Origin: a virus
Lineage: Duplodnaviria > Caudoviricetes
Reading direction: 5' to 3' (one strand)
Length of the DNA stretch: 64,000 nucleotides
Virus record (IMG/VR): IMGVR_UViG_2700988850_000001
Coordinates: 11,773-75,772 of that record
The notes beneath the pieces are model-generated. The model did not search any database and was not told the DNA's origin. It saw nothing but the letters and a program-made list of their open reading frames with translations. A program made the translations under genes and the position numbers. Positions 9,101 through 19,725 of this stretch are shown piece after piece; position 1 is the stretch's first letter; each line of letters begins with the position of its first letter.

Positions 9101-12100
9101 GGTTGTTGATGCTGCCGATGTTACAATGGAGACCAAGCGCTCCGTCATTGCATCCAAGTACGCGGCTATCATGTCGCGGCTCGAGGTTCGACGCAACGCC
9201 ATGCGGGCAGCCTCGACCACGGCAAGTTCTGCTGCACTGAACGCTGCCGACCTTGGCGTCGAGACTCGCCGTGCGATGATCGCGACTCAGTACGCGACGA
9301 CCATGGGTGCGCTCGAGGCAAGTCGAAACGCTCGACGTGCTGCGGCTGCTACGGCAAGTGGTGCCGCAATCACCGTTGCCGACACGACACTTGAACAGCG
9401 TCGTGCTGCAATCCAGGCGCGCTACGCCACGCTTTCCGCAACACTGGAAGCGCAGCGCCAGTCTCGCCGGGCCGCGACCATCGCTGCCGGTACCCCTGCT
9501 GCGCTTGCTGCACAGAAGGCACAGGACGCTGCAATCGCTGGCGCTGCTGCCGGTGGAGCCGCAAAGACCAAGGGCAAGGGTGGAATCTTCGGCTCCCTGG
9601 CAACGGGTGCCATGGCAGCGTTCTCGCTGCTGAAGCCTTCCACTCTACTTAAGGGTGCGCGTGCTATCCCGTCGGCTCTTGGTGCTATCCTCTTGAAGGC
9701 TGGCAGCGCGTTCAAGGTTCTCGGCAAGCCCATCAACGCCCTGAGCAAGCTTCTCGGCGTGAGCGGTCCTATCGGTTGGGCGATCATGGGTGCTATCACC
9801 TTGATCACCGCATTCCCCGGTCGAATCATGGAAGCTCTGCGCGGAGCTGGCGACAAGGTTGTCGAGCTGTGGAACAACGTCTTCGGTGGAGACAGCAAGG
9901 TTCCGCTCCTCGCTCGCCCGTTCGTCTTTGGCCTTGAGGTTATCAAGTCTGCACTGCTGGCACTGCCGCGCATTGTCGTCGGCGTGTTCAACATGGTCGT
10001 GGAGCTGATCGGCAAGGCGGCGAAGAAGGTGTACGAGTTCTTCTCGTACATCAACCCCTTCGCTCACCACTCGCCTTCGCTGGTGGAGAACGTCACCGAA
10101 GGCATGGCGATCGTTACCAACGAGTTCGGCGACGCTAGCAAGTCTATCCAGATGAGCATGCGTAGCGCGTACGGCATGATTGCAAAGTTCGGCACCGCTA
10201 CTCGTGGACTGCGCATGCAGGTTGCCGGACGCGAGGATGCCAAGAAGCGTGAGGACATTCGTCGCGCCGCACCAGAGACCGAGCCTGCCTACAACATGAT
10301 GCTTGCTACGCAGGCACGCCTTGAGGAGAACCTGAAGGCTGTCAACGCGCAGATCAAGGCACAGGAGAAGGTGCTCGAGTCTGCCAAGGGTGTTGTCGAG
10401 GCGTACGACAAGCAACTCGACGGAATGAGCAAGCAGCTTCAGGTTCTCGAGAAGGCCGCGACTGCCGCGTCCAACTCGCTGAACGCCGCGCAGGATCGAC
10501 TCGACCGATACTCCAACGCGCAGCTCAAGGGCATGCGCGCCATGGAAGATCAGATGTTCGAGAACGAAATGGCGCAGAAGCGTTTGCAGCTTGCACTCAT
10601 GGACATGGGCGCTGATGGTGTGGACGATGCAACCGAAGCCTTTGCAAAGTTGCAGGGTCAGATCGAAACCGTGTCCGGCATTCGCAATGAGCTGCGCATG
10701 GCTGGCGCTGGTTCCGATATCACGTCTGTGTTCACTGACCAGATCAATGATCTTATGGGTCAGCAGCAGCAGACGAACATGGGTCCGATCGAAGAGATGC
10801 GCAAGGAGCTTGAGCGACTTGAGCAGCAGGCAAAGCGCATGGACCTTGTTAGCGCATTGCAGTTCGATCCGCTCAACCGTCAGATCGACCAGCTAAAGAG
10901 CAACACGGAGGAACTTTCCTTCGAGGCAATTACATCCGGTATCCGAAGCGGTCGTGCTGAGGTTGCCGGATATACAGCACTTCTGGACCAGGCTAACGCC
11001 GCTGTCGATAATCAGCGTGCGTCGATCGAGCGTGTCCAGGAAGCGCGAGACCTTGCGAGCGAAGCTGTTGATCGCGAGCAGGTCAAGCTTGACGGCATCA
11101 AGGAAACGTACGACCAGGTTCAGCAGGCGCTCGCAGACGTGGGCACTGCACTTGATCAGTACAACTCTGATATCGCCAACACGATCCAGTACCTTGATGA
11201 GCTGGCTCGCGCTGCCGAGGAAGCGAAGAAGAAGCAGGAGGAGCTTGCCGATAGCCTTGCAGCACTCGAGGGTGCTGAAGGTATGGATGTTCCAGGCGGC
11301 ACTTACAATGTCGATGAGGACCTGCCGTCTATTGACGACATGACCAAGGAGCTTCAGGATAACCTGACCAACTCCTTTGGCGGGTTCTCGATCACCGAGC
11401 CGCTGAAGAACCTCGGTCGTTCGATCGGAGATTTCTTCCGCAACCTGTGGAACGATTACATCTGGCCTGGCATTCAGGCTTTGCCGGGTGCGCTGATCAA
11501 CTTCTTCATGGGCCTTCCGGGAATGCTGTTCTCGGCAATGAGCTACCTCGGTGGCTGGGCAGCTGGTGCACTTGTTCGCATCATCTGGGAAGCCCTCAAG
11601 GGTCTCTTCAACTTCTCTCAGTGGATCGTTGAGATGGTTGACAAGGCCTTTGGTGCGGTTGTCGAGTGGGTCAAGAGCGGCGGCATTGGTCGCATGTTCA
11701 GCGCAGTTGGCAACTGGTGGAGTGGGATTGACTGGGGCAAGACCGCCGGTGATCTGTGGGATGGACTCTGGGGCGGCATCACTGGCGTCTTTAAGAACAT
11801 CTGGGGATTCATCTACGACAACATCGTTCGCCCGTTCATTGACGGCATCAAGGATGGCTTCGGTATCCACTCGCCTTCGACCGTCATGGCCGAGATTGGC
11901 GGATACATCATCGAGGGCCTTATCAATGGCCTCGAGGCTATCGTCGGAAAGGCTATCGACTTCTTCGTTAGCCTCCCAGGACGACTACTCGACGCCATGG
12001 GCGATATCGGAAGCTTCCTTGCCGACAAGTGGAACAAGGCATTCGAGTGGCTGAAGGAGCGGCTGCCCGATCAGGTCAGCGGTGTGCTCACGTTCTTCCA

Positions 12101-15100
12101 GGAACTCCCCGGCAAGGTTATCAACGCACTTGGTGATGCTGGTAGCTGGCTGCTTGGCGTGGGCGAGAACATCATCCACGGTCTTATCAACGGTGCCGGA
12201 AACATCCTCAGCAAGCTGGGGGACTTCTTCCTGGACAAGGTTCCTGGCTGGATCAAGGAACCGTTCAAGAAGGCTCTCGGCATTCACTCGCCGTCGCGAG
12301 TGTTCGCTGAGTACGGCGTCAACGTCGGACAAGGCTTCGTTGACGGCGTAGCGTCCATGTCCGGCGCGGTCTCGGATGCCACGGCAGCCATGGCCGACGC
12401 TGCCATGCTGGACACGATGCCCACGGTCGCGCTTGGCGTGGACGTGGAATCGGACACGGGTGCAGCAAGTGTCAAGGCTCCTACCTCGACTCTTGCGCAG
12501 CAGGTCGAGATCGACGTGACCAATGCTCAGGTTGCCTGGGATGCTTACGTGGCTTACATGATGGGGTCGGCTAACACGTTGGCTGTGTTCTACTCCACCA
12601 CGTACTCCAAGATCGGTGCGGACAATGCTTCGCAGATGAACCTTATGGTGACCACGCAGCTTGCTGCGCTGGATACTCTGAACACGAAGTCCACCGCCAC
12701 ACTTACCGCGATGAGCGTGGCACAGCTTGCGATCATGACCAAGCTGGTCCAGGACATTCTGGCTCAGATCACCTTGATGCGGGACACGATCGACGTTCTG
12801 TTCAAGGACACCAACACTCGCGTCACCAACTCGTTCCAGAACCTTGCGACGAACCTGAATGATATCTTCGCAAACCAGATCAAGCCGATGTTCGACTCGT
12901 TCGAGCCGATGCTCGGCACTCTGGAAGGTTGGTTCGAGAACACGGTCGCCAACATCGGGACCATCTGGGATGGAGTCAAGGAGCCGGTTGCAAAGCCGTC
13001 CCGCTTCATCATCAATGATGTGTACAACGGTGGCGTAAGGGTTGCCTGGAACAACGTCTCCGGCTGGCTGGGTCTTGATAGCCTGCCTGAGTTCGTCGCG
13101 CCGTTCCAGACTGGCGGTCTTATTGCACGCGACTCTCTGGTCAACCCGAACTCTCCGGTGAACATCGCTCGCGGTGGAAACCTTACGGGTCCGGCTGACG
13201 GAGACCGCAAGCTGTTCGCAGGCCAGGGTGGCGAGTATGTGTTCAGCCGCAAGATGGTTGCTGCTGCTGGCGGCACCCGTACCCTTGACGCATTCCGATC
13301 CGCTGTCATGGCGGGGAAGAACCTCGAGGGTGGCGGCTCGGTTCTGGGCTTCCAGACTGGCGGTACGATTCCTGGTGCCGCACTGTACGCACAGGAAATG
13401 GCGCGCAAGACCTTCACTGGTCAGCCTTACCTGTACGGCGGTGTCGGTCCTGACGGATGGGACTGCTCCGGTCTTGTCGGTACCGTATGGGCTTGGCTCA
13501 CTGGACAGCCGAACCCGTACCAGCGGTTCTTCACCACGGAGGCGGACTTCTCTCGGTTCGGTTTCGAGCGTGGCCTGAATGGATACTTCACCATGGGTGT
13601 CCACAACGGCGGTGGCGGAATGCTTTCGCATACTGCCTCGACACTTCTCGGCACGAACATCGAGTCGGGTGGCGCGCACAACTCTTCCATCTACGGTGGA
13701 CCGGCAGCGGGCGCGGATCATCCGCAGTTCGAGAACCAGTACACCTTGAAGGAGATTGGCGGCGTATTCCAGAGCGGCGGCATGGGCGGCGGAAGCGCAG
13801 CGTCGATGCTGGACCGTGTTACCGCAGAGTTCAAGAAGGTCATGGACCCGATCAAGGGTTCCGTGCCTCAGCTCGAAGGTAGCATCGCCGCGCTGGCCGG
13901 TACCGGCTACCAGAAGTACTACGACGACGTTAGCAAGTTCCTGTACGGCAAGGCCAGCGAGTACGATGCTGCCCACCCGGCACGCGGGAACATGCCTTAC
14001 GACGGCTCCGGTGTTGAGCAGTGGCGCGGTATCGTGCAGAAGGTTCTGCGCGAGAAGGGCCTGCCCCTTAATCTGGATGAGAAGGTTCTCTACCAGATGA
14101 TGACGGAATCCGGTGGTAATCCCAATGCCATTAACGATTGGGATATCAACTGGCAGAACGGTACGCCTTCCAAGGGTCTGATGCAGGTTATCGACCCGAC
14201 GTTCCAGTCGTACAAGGATGCCGGTTACGACAACATCTGGGACCCGGAGTCGAACATCCGCGCCTCGATCAACTACGCCTTGGCGCAGTACGGTTCGCTT
14301 GAGAACGCTTACCGTGGCGTCGGGTATGACCGGGGCGGGTGGCTCCTGCCCGGCGAGAACCAGAAGGTCTTCAATGCTACCGGCAAGCCGGAAGCTGTTC
14401 TTACGAACGAGGACTGGAACGCGATCTACGAAGCTGCCAACAACCCTGTTGACGCTGACATGATCACGGAAGGTGTTGTCTCCGCAACGCAGCAGATGTT
14501 CGGGTTCTCCGCACTGGATAACCTTGCTGAAGCTGTCAGCGGTGCCAACGAGAAGTGGACCCAGAACATCTACGGTGCAACCAAGGATACTTCCGAAGCT
14601 GCACAGGATGTTGCCACCAACACTGGCAAGACTCTCGCAGTGCTGGATGATTTCACCAAGATCGGTGGAGACATTGCAACGGGCCTGACCGAGCTGGGCA
14701 AGATTGCCTTTGCTATCGAGGCAGCGTACAACTCCGAAGATCAGAACTTCCAGACGTGGGCACCTGTGGTCACGATGGTCGGTGAGCTGCTGGCGAAGCT
14801 GCCTGACGCCAAGGCTGACTACGTTCCGTGGGCTGGATTCGATGTTGAGTGGACGACTGGAATGCGCTTCCAGAAGTTCGGCAACGACGTTTCCAACATC
14901 GGCAAGGGTCTATACAACGTCGTCAAGGATGTTCTGCCTCCGCTCTTGAAGAGCACGGCGACCATCGGTTCGGCTATCGAGAAGTTCGCAATCGAGCAGG
15001 GTCCGGTTATCACGGCAGCCATTGCCATGTTCCCGACCAACCCGGTAGGTGCTGCCATTATGGCTGTGCCTGCTATACTCCAAGCTATCTTCACGATCCT

Positions 15101-15434
15101 GCCCATGGTTATCAGTGCCATTGTCGAAATCGTGCCGACGCTGATCAAGTCCATCATGCGGTTCTTCTCAAGCTTCATGCCGGACTCGGTGTTCTCGTAC
15201 GAAGATATGGCAGCTGCTGCCGAAGCTGTCACCAAGAATGAGCAGGCAATCAAGGACGGAACCTACCTTGCCAGCCGTGGCGTTAACCAGCCTGGCTACG
15301 CGATCGAGAATCCGGCCAACCAGAATGTGAACATCAACATCTACGGAGACTTGGTTATGCCGAACGTCAAGAATGGCGATGACGCTGACAGCTTCATCAA
15401 CAACGTGACCGACCTTGCCGGTGGTGGTGCATAA
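6129..15434 (+). CDS. Tape measure protein (3101 aa) with NlpC/P60-like and lytic transglycosylase domains
   Basis: Ala-rich helical sequence, three HSPS motifs, PYLYGGVGPDGWDCSGLV (NlpC/P60 catalytic Cys) and ESGGNPNAINDWD..SKGLMQVIDPTF (SLT). Confidence 0.93.
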   Translation: MDTLGSEYNILIRVIAKQARAEVAALRAEIAALTKAGAGSNAAAAAGLGPAGTAAMKQSAAATTAATAGTLAYTNQVKAASAASGAWAVKVQAANSAVLRAHAALANATDALRVAELRRKAVLANPKASELQIAAAETSLATARRRVTVATDAVATAEGRRTAVLNASSAAAAKAAAAEAGLASTNTLNRMRALGAATTWSGKQISMFFTLPLAAAGAAAFKWQMDNEKAATHLAKVYDGLASDIDSNLDMDGVQFNGSSLDKFFTALSEKMGQAKSDVIEIGAIWAQVGVKGSQLAAATRLTTEAMVLGDMDATQATDALVAIQAQYRLAFGDFEKEAKAVQDAVANNMPIPEFQTLTSVLAQLNIIENQTGASMQDLVIAFSKTAANARQAGIDAKTLGAHIAALVPSMGSAANAGTALKSIYAHIFRAPEIEKSAAAMEYLATNAGLTADAFMSADFKGKGLGVGLEQMADAYAKLNGAQKLDFAQKVFGIHQYGRAMQLLDDISLRAGAPDGGLAGIVDRFNDLDEAGKRALIIEKFSDATVTARAGFDALSESEQRAAIQTGMTADEIADHMRKLEKATSEGAEGLSYYSKALEGATDQKKTYDTYFKELKTVLESNPQKFKQIGVILQNAMTEAIIPIIPALLWIAKSVAKVAVAFGNLSPEIQKIIMLFLLAIAAVGPLATVFGSFILMGSVLGRVFGSLSKMVKFLGFHFLGLGDGAKAGAEGVAKNTSFIKKLLRGLTFWRATDATKNQTIDAAAEASRTATAQSGASARVGIGQWEQAARAAAAGGGTAAEAVNQATQTQVQKAGITKRVKDSWGEMVKRAESTMAGASWRTRAEIAEQQRRAQVIATSPTVAAEATMQGKRTAIAKSYSDVMTKLETSRNARRAAATVASSTVVDAADVSVEAKRNVIAAKYAALSGKLEHARNARRAASAAASSVALDAADITTETRRAMIATRYATLMGKLEASRNARRAAAVAASSTVVDAADVTMETKRSVIASKYAAIMSRLEVRRNAMRAASTTASSAALNAADLGVETRRAMIATQYATTMGALEASRNARRAAAATASGAAITVADTTLEQRRAAIQARYATLSATLEAQRQSRRAATIAAGTPAALAAQKAQDAAIAGAAAGGAAKTKGKGGIFGSLATGAMAAFSLLKPSTLLKGARAIPSALGAILLKAGSAFKVLGKPINALSKLLGVSGPIGWAIMGAITLITAFPGRIMEALRGAGDKVVELWNNVFGGDSKVPLLARPFVFGLEVIKSALLALPRIVVGVFNMVVELIGKAAKKVYEFFSYINPFAHHSPSLVENVTEGMAIVTNEFGDASKSIQMSMRSAYGMIAKFGTATRGLRMQVAGREDAKKREDIRRAAPETEPAYNMMLATQARLEENLKAVNAQIKAQEKVLESAKGVVEAYDKQLDGMSKQLQVLEKAATAASNSLNAAQDRLDRYSNAQLKGMRAMEDQMFENEMAQKRLQLALMDMGADGVDDATEAFAKLQGQIETVSGIRNELRMAGAGSDITSVFTDQINDLMGQQQQTNMGPIEEMRKELERLEQQAKRMDLVSALQFDPLNRQIDQLKSNTEELSFEAITSGIRSGRAEVAGYTALLDQANAAVDNQRASIERVQEARDLASEAVDREQVKLDGIKETYDQVQQALADVGTALDQYNSDIANTIQYLDELARAAEEAKKKQEELADSLAALEGAEGMDVPGGTYNVDEDLPSIDDMTKELQDNLTNSFGGFSITEPLKNLGRSIGDFFRNLWNDYIWPGIQALPGALINFFMGLPGMLFSAMSYLGGWAAGALVRIIWEALKGLFNFSQWIVEMVDKAFGAVVEWVKSGGIGRMFSAVGNWWSGIDWGKTAGDLWDGLWGGITGVFKNIWGFIYDNIVRPFIDGIKDGFGIHSPSTVMAEIGGYIIEGLINGLEAIVGKAIDFFVSLPGRLLDAMGDIGSFLADKWNKAFEWLKERLPDQVSGVLTFFQELPGKVINALGDAGSWLLGVGENIIHGLINGAGNILSKLGDFFLDKVPGWIKEPFKKALGIHSPSRVFAEYGVNVGQGFVDGVASMSGAVSDATAAMADAAMLDTMPTVALGVDVESDTGAASVKAPTSTLAQQVEIDVTNAQVAWDAYVAYMMGSANTLAVFYSTTYSKIGADNASQMNLMVTTQLAALDTLNTKSTATLTAMSVAQLAIMTKLVQDILAQITLMRDTIDVLFKDTNTRVTNSFQNLATNLNDIFANQIKPMFDSFEPMLGTLEGWFENTVANIGTIWDGVKEPVAKPSRFIINDVYNGGVRVAWNNVSGWLGLDSLPEFVAPFQTGGLIARDSLVNPNSPVNIARGGNLTGPADGDRKLFAGQGGEYVFSRKMVAAAGGTRTLDAFRSAVMAGKNLEGGGSVLGFQTGGTIPGAALYAQEMARKTFTGQPYLYGGVGPDGWDCSGLVGTVWAWLTGQPNPYQRFFTTEADFSRFGFERGLNGYFTMGVHNGGGGMLSHTASTLLGTNIESGGAHNSSIYGGPAAGADHPQFENQYTLKEIGGVFQSGGMGGGSAASMLDRVTAEFKKVMDPIKGSVPQLEGSIAALAGTGYQKYYDDVSKFLYGKASEYDAAHPARGNMPYDGSGVEQWRGIVQKVLREKGLPLNLDEKVLYQMMTESGGNPNAINDWDINWQNGTPSKGLMQVIDPTFQSYKDAGYDNIWDPESNIRASINYALAQYGSLENAYRGVGYDRGGWLLPGENQKVFNATGKPEAVLTNEDWNAIYEAANNPVDADMITEGVVSATQQMFGFSALDNLAEAVSGANEKWTQNIYGATKDTSEAAQDVATNTGKTLAVLDDFTKIGGDIATGLTELGKIAFAIEAAYNSEDQNFQTWAPVVTMVGELLAKLPDAKADYVPWAGFDVEWTTGMRFQKFGNDVSNIGKGLYNVVKDVLPPLLKSTATIGSAIEKFAIEQGPVITAAIAMFPTNPVGAAIMAVPAILQAIFTILPMVISAIVEIVPTLIKSIMRFFSSFMPDSVFSYEDMAAAAEAVTKNEQAIKDGTYLASRGVNQPGYAIENPANQNVNINIYGDLVMPNVKNGDDADSFINNVTDLAGGGA
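8740..9490 (+). repeat. Six 44-aa (132-bp) tandem repeats inside tape measure
   Basis: KLE.SRNARRAA unit starts at 8781, 8913, 9045, 9177, 9309 and 9441. Confidence 0.85.
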
Positions 15435-17980
15435 TGGCACGCATCACTTACCGGCCCACGACCGTTGTCAACTACGGCAACACTGGGCCGACCGGCGGTA
15501 GCGGTAACATACTTGGCGACGGCAACGACAACACCTTCCAGTCGTACTACGAAGGCTCGGGTTCTATCGCAGTGTTCCCGAACTTCAATGAGTCCTTGAT
15601 CCCGGTCAACAAGTCCGTCATTGCAGTGCGCGTCGCGCATCGTATGACGAACGAGTTGGCCGGGGGCTTGGGCCTGTTTAACGGCTGGCCCGCCTCGTAC
15701 TTGCGTATCAACAACACGCGAGTCAATGAGACTTACAACTACAAGCAGGATGGATACAGTAACGGTCGCCGTACCGTTATGGGTCCGCCTCTGTACAAGT
15801 CTCAGACAGGCGGCTGGGATGTTGCCGACCTCAACCGCATGGGTGCCGATGTAGGCGCAGCGGTCGGAACCATCGGCCCGAATAAGAAAAACCGTTGGTG
15901 TGTCGCTACCGACGTGTGGATCGCAGTGGTGACGGACGAGCCGGTACCCGTACCGACTTCTCCGTCCCCTGCGAACAACGAAACCATCTCAACTTCGAGT
16001 GTGAACTTCTCGGCTCAGGTTCCTGCGCCGCAAGAGGAGCAGTCTGTCCGCGCAATCTTCCAGGTTGCGCGTGACAGCGCCTTCACTCAGGAGGTCAAGA
16101 CTTTCGTTGGCGGGTTGAACGGACTCGAGACTCCTACTTCTCGCAGCTACTACCAGTCGATTCCAGGCAAGGATTCCTACACCGGCCTTGGTCCGGGCGA
16201 GTGGTACTTGCGAATGAAGGGTCGCGACTACCGTGGCGTGGAATCCGCATGGGGTGCCGCCACCAAGTTCAAGATCACTCACGGTGCCCTGCCGACCCCG
16301 ACGCTGGCAGAGCCGCAGCCCGGCGTGGTCTCCTCGAACCCGTACGCCATGCGCACCGCAACCTTCACCAACCTCACGACCGAAAACTCGGGCGCTCGCA
16401 AAGTGGGCGCAGAATGGCAGTTCGCTAAGGACAGTGCATTCACCAACAGTGTAGTGAGCTGGCAGAATCGGCAGGGAAGGTTCGATTCGGGATCGGTAAG
16501 CTACAACCCGTATCCGAACCCGGAGACCAAGCCTGGGCTGTACGGTCCAACCGTAAGCCTTGAGGACCCACCTCAGCGTCTGTCGCAGGGACTTACGTAC
16601 GCTCGAGTCCGTGGTGTGGATGAGTGGGGTCAGGTCGGACCTTGGAGTCAGACGTACAGCTTCGAGGTCCGGCACATCCCGGTTCCAGCAGACGCTACCC
16701 CCAAGCTGGGTAACGACTTTGATCCCTCGACCATGCCGATCACGTGGCGGTTCACCGACCCTTGGAACCAGGACACCCAGACGGCTTACCGCATCACGAT
16801 TAAGGACAGCTCGAACACTGTCGTTTACAACAGTGGTAAGGTGCTGTCTACCTATGAGCGTGCACAGGTGACGTTGCCGCAGTCGCTCATGTTCCAGACC
16901 CTCAAGTACACGCTTGAACTGTGGGACATTGACGACGTGAAGTCCACGGCAATTGACGAATACACATTCGTCATGTCGAAGTCTCCCGTGATTACCTGCC
17001 CCTTCCCTGCGGATGCTGAGCAGATCGTCACGGGCGAACCGACCATCACTTGGAGCGTAGCCTTCTCTCGGGCAGGCGTTACGCAGAAGAGCTTCCGGAT
17101 CGTGTTCCGTAACATCGCGGATAGTTCAGTGGCCTTTGATACCGGAGTCATCTCCGGTACTGCCACTACCTGGACTCCACCGCGACCGATCCTGAAGAAC
17201 CTCAGCGGATACCAAATGTCGCTGACTGTTACGGATAGCAAGGATCTTAGCTCCACACTTATCCGCAACTTCTCCACCAACTTCATTCGACCTTACGGAA
17301 CTCAGGCGTTTGCGGATGCGTCGAACTACCTTGATGGGGGATACGTCAATGTCATTTGGTCTGGGGAACTTGATCCGTACTTCGCAGAGTGGCGCATCTA
17401 CCGGCGCAAGGTTAACGCAGAGTCTCCTGCTGAGTGGGACCGCGTTGGTACTGTTGACTCTCCCGACCAGTTGTCTTACAACGATTGGACGGTTGCTGGA
17501 TCAGGAGAGTTCGAATACTCCGTCACACAAGTCGCATACCGATATGGCTCACTGGTAGAGTCCGAGCATGAGACTTACCCTGTCGCCGTCTACATCCACT
17601 CGGAAGATTACTGGCTGATCGTCCCGGATGATGAGTCGCGGAACATCCGACTGTTCTCGGTGAAGGGTGACAAGTACACGGAGCGTCGTCAGCAGAACGA
17701 ATACGATATCATTGGTGGCGGTACTCGCCTCAGTCAAGGCCCTCGCATTGGCATGAGCGGTACCCTCTCCTGCTCGATTCGTCACAGTACGAAACTCACC
17801 GCCAGCGAACAAGTCGCAGTCCTCCGTGAACTTATGTTCATGAACGGCTGGGTACTCATGCGCGATCCGTTCGGCAACATCACCAAGATTGGCATTAAGG
17901 ATATCAGTGTCGATCGCATCCCAGGCGTTGGCAACAACGAGTATGCGGACATTGAGATTCCTTACGTGGAGGTTATGTAA
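15434..17980 (+). CDS. Minor tail protein with FN3/Ig-like modules
   Basis: 848 aa immediately after tape measure; repeated Y.R.RG.D..G..S.W beta-sandwich motifs. Confidence 0.75.
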   Translation: MARITYRPTTVVNYGNTGPTGGSGNILGDGNDNTFQSYYEGSGSIAVFPNFNESLIPVNKSVIAVRVAHRMTNELAGGLGLFNGWPASYLRINNTRVNETYNYKQDGYSNGRRTVMGPPLYKSQTGGWDVADLNRMGADVGAAVGTIGPNKKNRWCVATDVWIAVVTDEPVPVPTSPSPANNETISTSSVNFSAQVPAPQEEQSVRAIFQVARDSAFTQEVKTFVGGLNGLETPTSRSYYQSIPGKDSYTGLGPGEWYLRMKGRDYRGVESAWGAATKFKITHGALPTPTLAEPQPGVVSSNPYAMRTATFTNLTTENSGARKVGAEWQFAKDSAFTNSVVSWQNRQGRFDSGSVSYNPYPNPETKPGLYGPTVSLEDPPQRLSQGLTYARVRGVDEWGQVGPWSQTYSFEVRHIPVPADATPKLGNDFDPSTMPITWRFTDPWNQDTQTAYRITIKDSSNTVVYNSGKVLSTYERAQVTLPQSLMFQTLKYTLELWDIDDVKSTAIDEYTFVMSKSPVITCPFPADAEQIVTGEPTITWSVAFSRAGVTQKSFRIVFRNIADSSVAFDTGVISGTATTWTPPRPILKNLSGYQMSLTVTDSKDLSSTLIRNFSTNFIRPYGTQAFADASNYLDGGYVNVIWSGELDPYFAEWRIYRRKVNAESPAEWDRVGTVDSPDQLSYNDWTVAGSGEFEYSVTQVAYRYGSLVESEHETYPVAVYIHSEDYWLIVPDDESRNIRLFSVKGDKYTERRQQNEYDIIGGGTRLSQGPRIGMSGTLSCSIRHSTKLTASEQVAVLRELMFMNGWVLMRDPFGNITKIGIKDISVDRIPGVGNNEYADIEIPYVEVM

Positions 17981-19725
17981 TGGCTAACAAGCCTACGCCT
18001 TACATTGAGAAGGCATTCCTTCAGCCAGTCGTTGACATTATCCGGCGCATCGAAATCTATGAGTACGACGGGCGTACGCCATGGAAGCCGGAGTTGTGGG
18101 ATCGACTTCTGATCGACGGTTCTGTCACCGCTGATCACGACTCGGAGAACCGACGGTCCTTCGAAGTCACGCTCGATAACCTGGACAACGAACTCGACCC
18201 GGAGGCTGGCAACCTCTGGTTCGATAAGGTGTTCAAGGTTATGTACGGCATCGAACTGAATCAGAAGCCGCGCAAGCCGAAGATCCTTATTGCGGAAGAG
18301 TACCAGTCCACGGGACAGGCGCTGCTGTTGAAGGCAGCCCTGTCCCGTGCAGGGTTCAAGTTCGTGCACTACAATCCGCAGGCAGACTTGTACAGCGATG
18401 TTGAGCAGTTCGATATCATCGTGAGTATCAGCTCCGACTACACCCGCAAGCTGGCACTTCTCACCGAGGCGTTCAGCAAGGGTAAGTCCATCATCACCTT
18501 CGGTCTCAATGCTACGTCTGCACAGCTCCCCTACCTTATCGCAGGCGCAGGATTGAACATGTCCACCGATAGTGGAGTCCGGTCTATTGCACCGAATACT
18601 TCCCTGGTGAGCGAGGTGACAGTCGGCTGGTCTCAGTGGAACCTTGTCGGTCCTCAGTCGTACCGCAAGATCGACACGCCTCACGCGGAGGCGCAGGTCT
18701 TGGCGTGGCAGACGGATGCAACCAACGGCATCTCGCCTGGTGTTGTAGCTCGCTCAGCCTTCGGAGGCTCGCGGTGGATGCACGTGATGCAGAACAAGTT
18801 CGGCGCGTCTGACTTCAACTCCACCAACGACGCCGACCAGTTCGAGCAGTTCCTCGCGGCGTCGGTTGACTGGGTTGACACCTTCGTTCCACAAGCCAAG
18901 TGGGAAACGCAGATCGGTGAGTTCATCTCCGACAGCATCGGGTACGCCGACGACTTTGGCGATACCATCAAGGTGACCGGACGCGACTACACCAAGCGCT
19001 GTCAGCTCTCAAAGCTTGTTGCGGCGACCATGTTCACTAAGGATCAGAAGGTCGAGGAGGTCATCAAGACCCTCGCGCTGAACTGCAACATTGACAAGTT
19101 CAATCTGATCACGACGAACAAGACGCTCGGCAAGGATATGACTTACGAGCGCGACACGGATCGCTGGTCGATCATGAAGGAGATCGCTACGGCGCACAGC
19201 TATGAGCTGTTCTTCGACGCCTCGGGATACCTTACCATGACCGAGTTCAATGATCCACTTCTCACTCCCCCGACGCTGGTACTTACTACCGGCGTCGGGG
19301 GTAACCTCGTGTCGCGAGGACGTAAGACTTCCGACTCGCGACTGTTCAATCACATCGTCGTAGTGGGCGAGAGTTCCGACTCCTCCAAGCTGCCGGTGTG
19401 GGCTGAGGCGAAGAATGAAAACCCGAACTCGGCAAGCAACATCCAGACCATCGGCGACCGTGTGATGGTGTACACTTCCAGTGCCATCACTGAGACGGGA
19501 CAGGCGATGGAACTTGCCAACTCGTACCTCAGCGTGGCGGCACTGGAAGAGTTCGAGCTTAACTTCTCGAGCGTCATGTTCCCGTGGATCGAGCCTGGCG
19601 AAATCCTCGAGATGCAAGACGACGAGACCTGGGGTCCAGGACGATTCCTGATCGGACAGTTGACATTCCCTCTCGACCTTAGCCCGATGAGCGGAACCGG
19701 AAAGCGGGTGACGAAGGTAGCATGA
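17980..19725 (+). CDS. Minor tail / baseplate hub protein
   Basis: 581 aa; DGSVTAD..RRS, VTGRD, ELFFDASG and FNHIVVVGE patterns of actinophage tail hub proteins. Confidence 0.7.
   Translation: MANKPTPYIEKAFLQPVVDIIRRIEIYEYDGRTPWKPELWDRLLIDGSVTADHDSENRRSFEVTLDNLDNELDPEAGNLWFDKVFKVMYGIELNQKPRKPKILIAEEYQSTGQALLLKAALSRAGFKFVHYNPQADLYSDVEQFDIIVSISSDYTRKLALLTEAFSKGKSIITFGLNATSAQLPYLIAGAGLNMSTDSGVRSIAPNTSLVSEVTVGWSQWNLVGPQSYRKIDTPHAEAQVLAWQTDATNGISPGVVARSAFGGSRWMHVMQNKFGASDFNSTNDADQFEQFLAASVDWVDTFVPQAKWETQIGEFISDSIGYADDFGDTIKVTGRDYTKRCQLSKLVAATMFTKDQKVEEVIKTLALNCNIDKFNLITTNKTLGKDMTYERDTDRWSIMKEIATAHSYELFFDASGYLTMTEFNDPLLTPPTLVLTTGVGGNLVSRGRKTSDSRLFNHIVVVGESSDSSKLPVWAEAKNENPNSASNIQTIGDRVMVYTSSAITETGQAMELANSYLSVAALEEFELNFSSVMFPWIEPGEILEMQDDETWGPGRFLIGQLTFPLDLSPMSGTGKRVTKVA

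Noticed and set aside
6759-13976. Long antisense ORFs (721, 663, 325 aa) inside the tape measure, and similar ones at 3721-4815, 28590-29591, 49348-50424 and 61969-63135
   Set aside because: Shadow frames of GC3-biased genes; no RBS or recognisable motifs.
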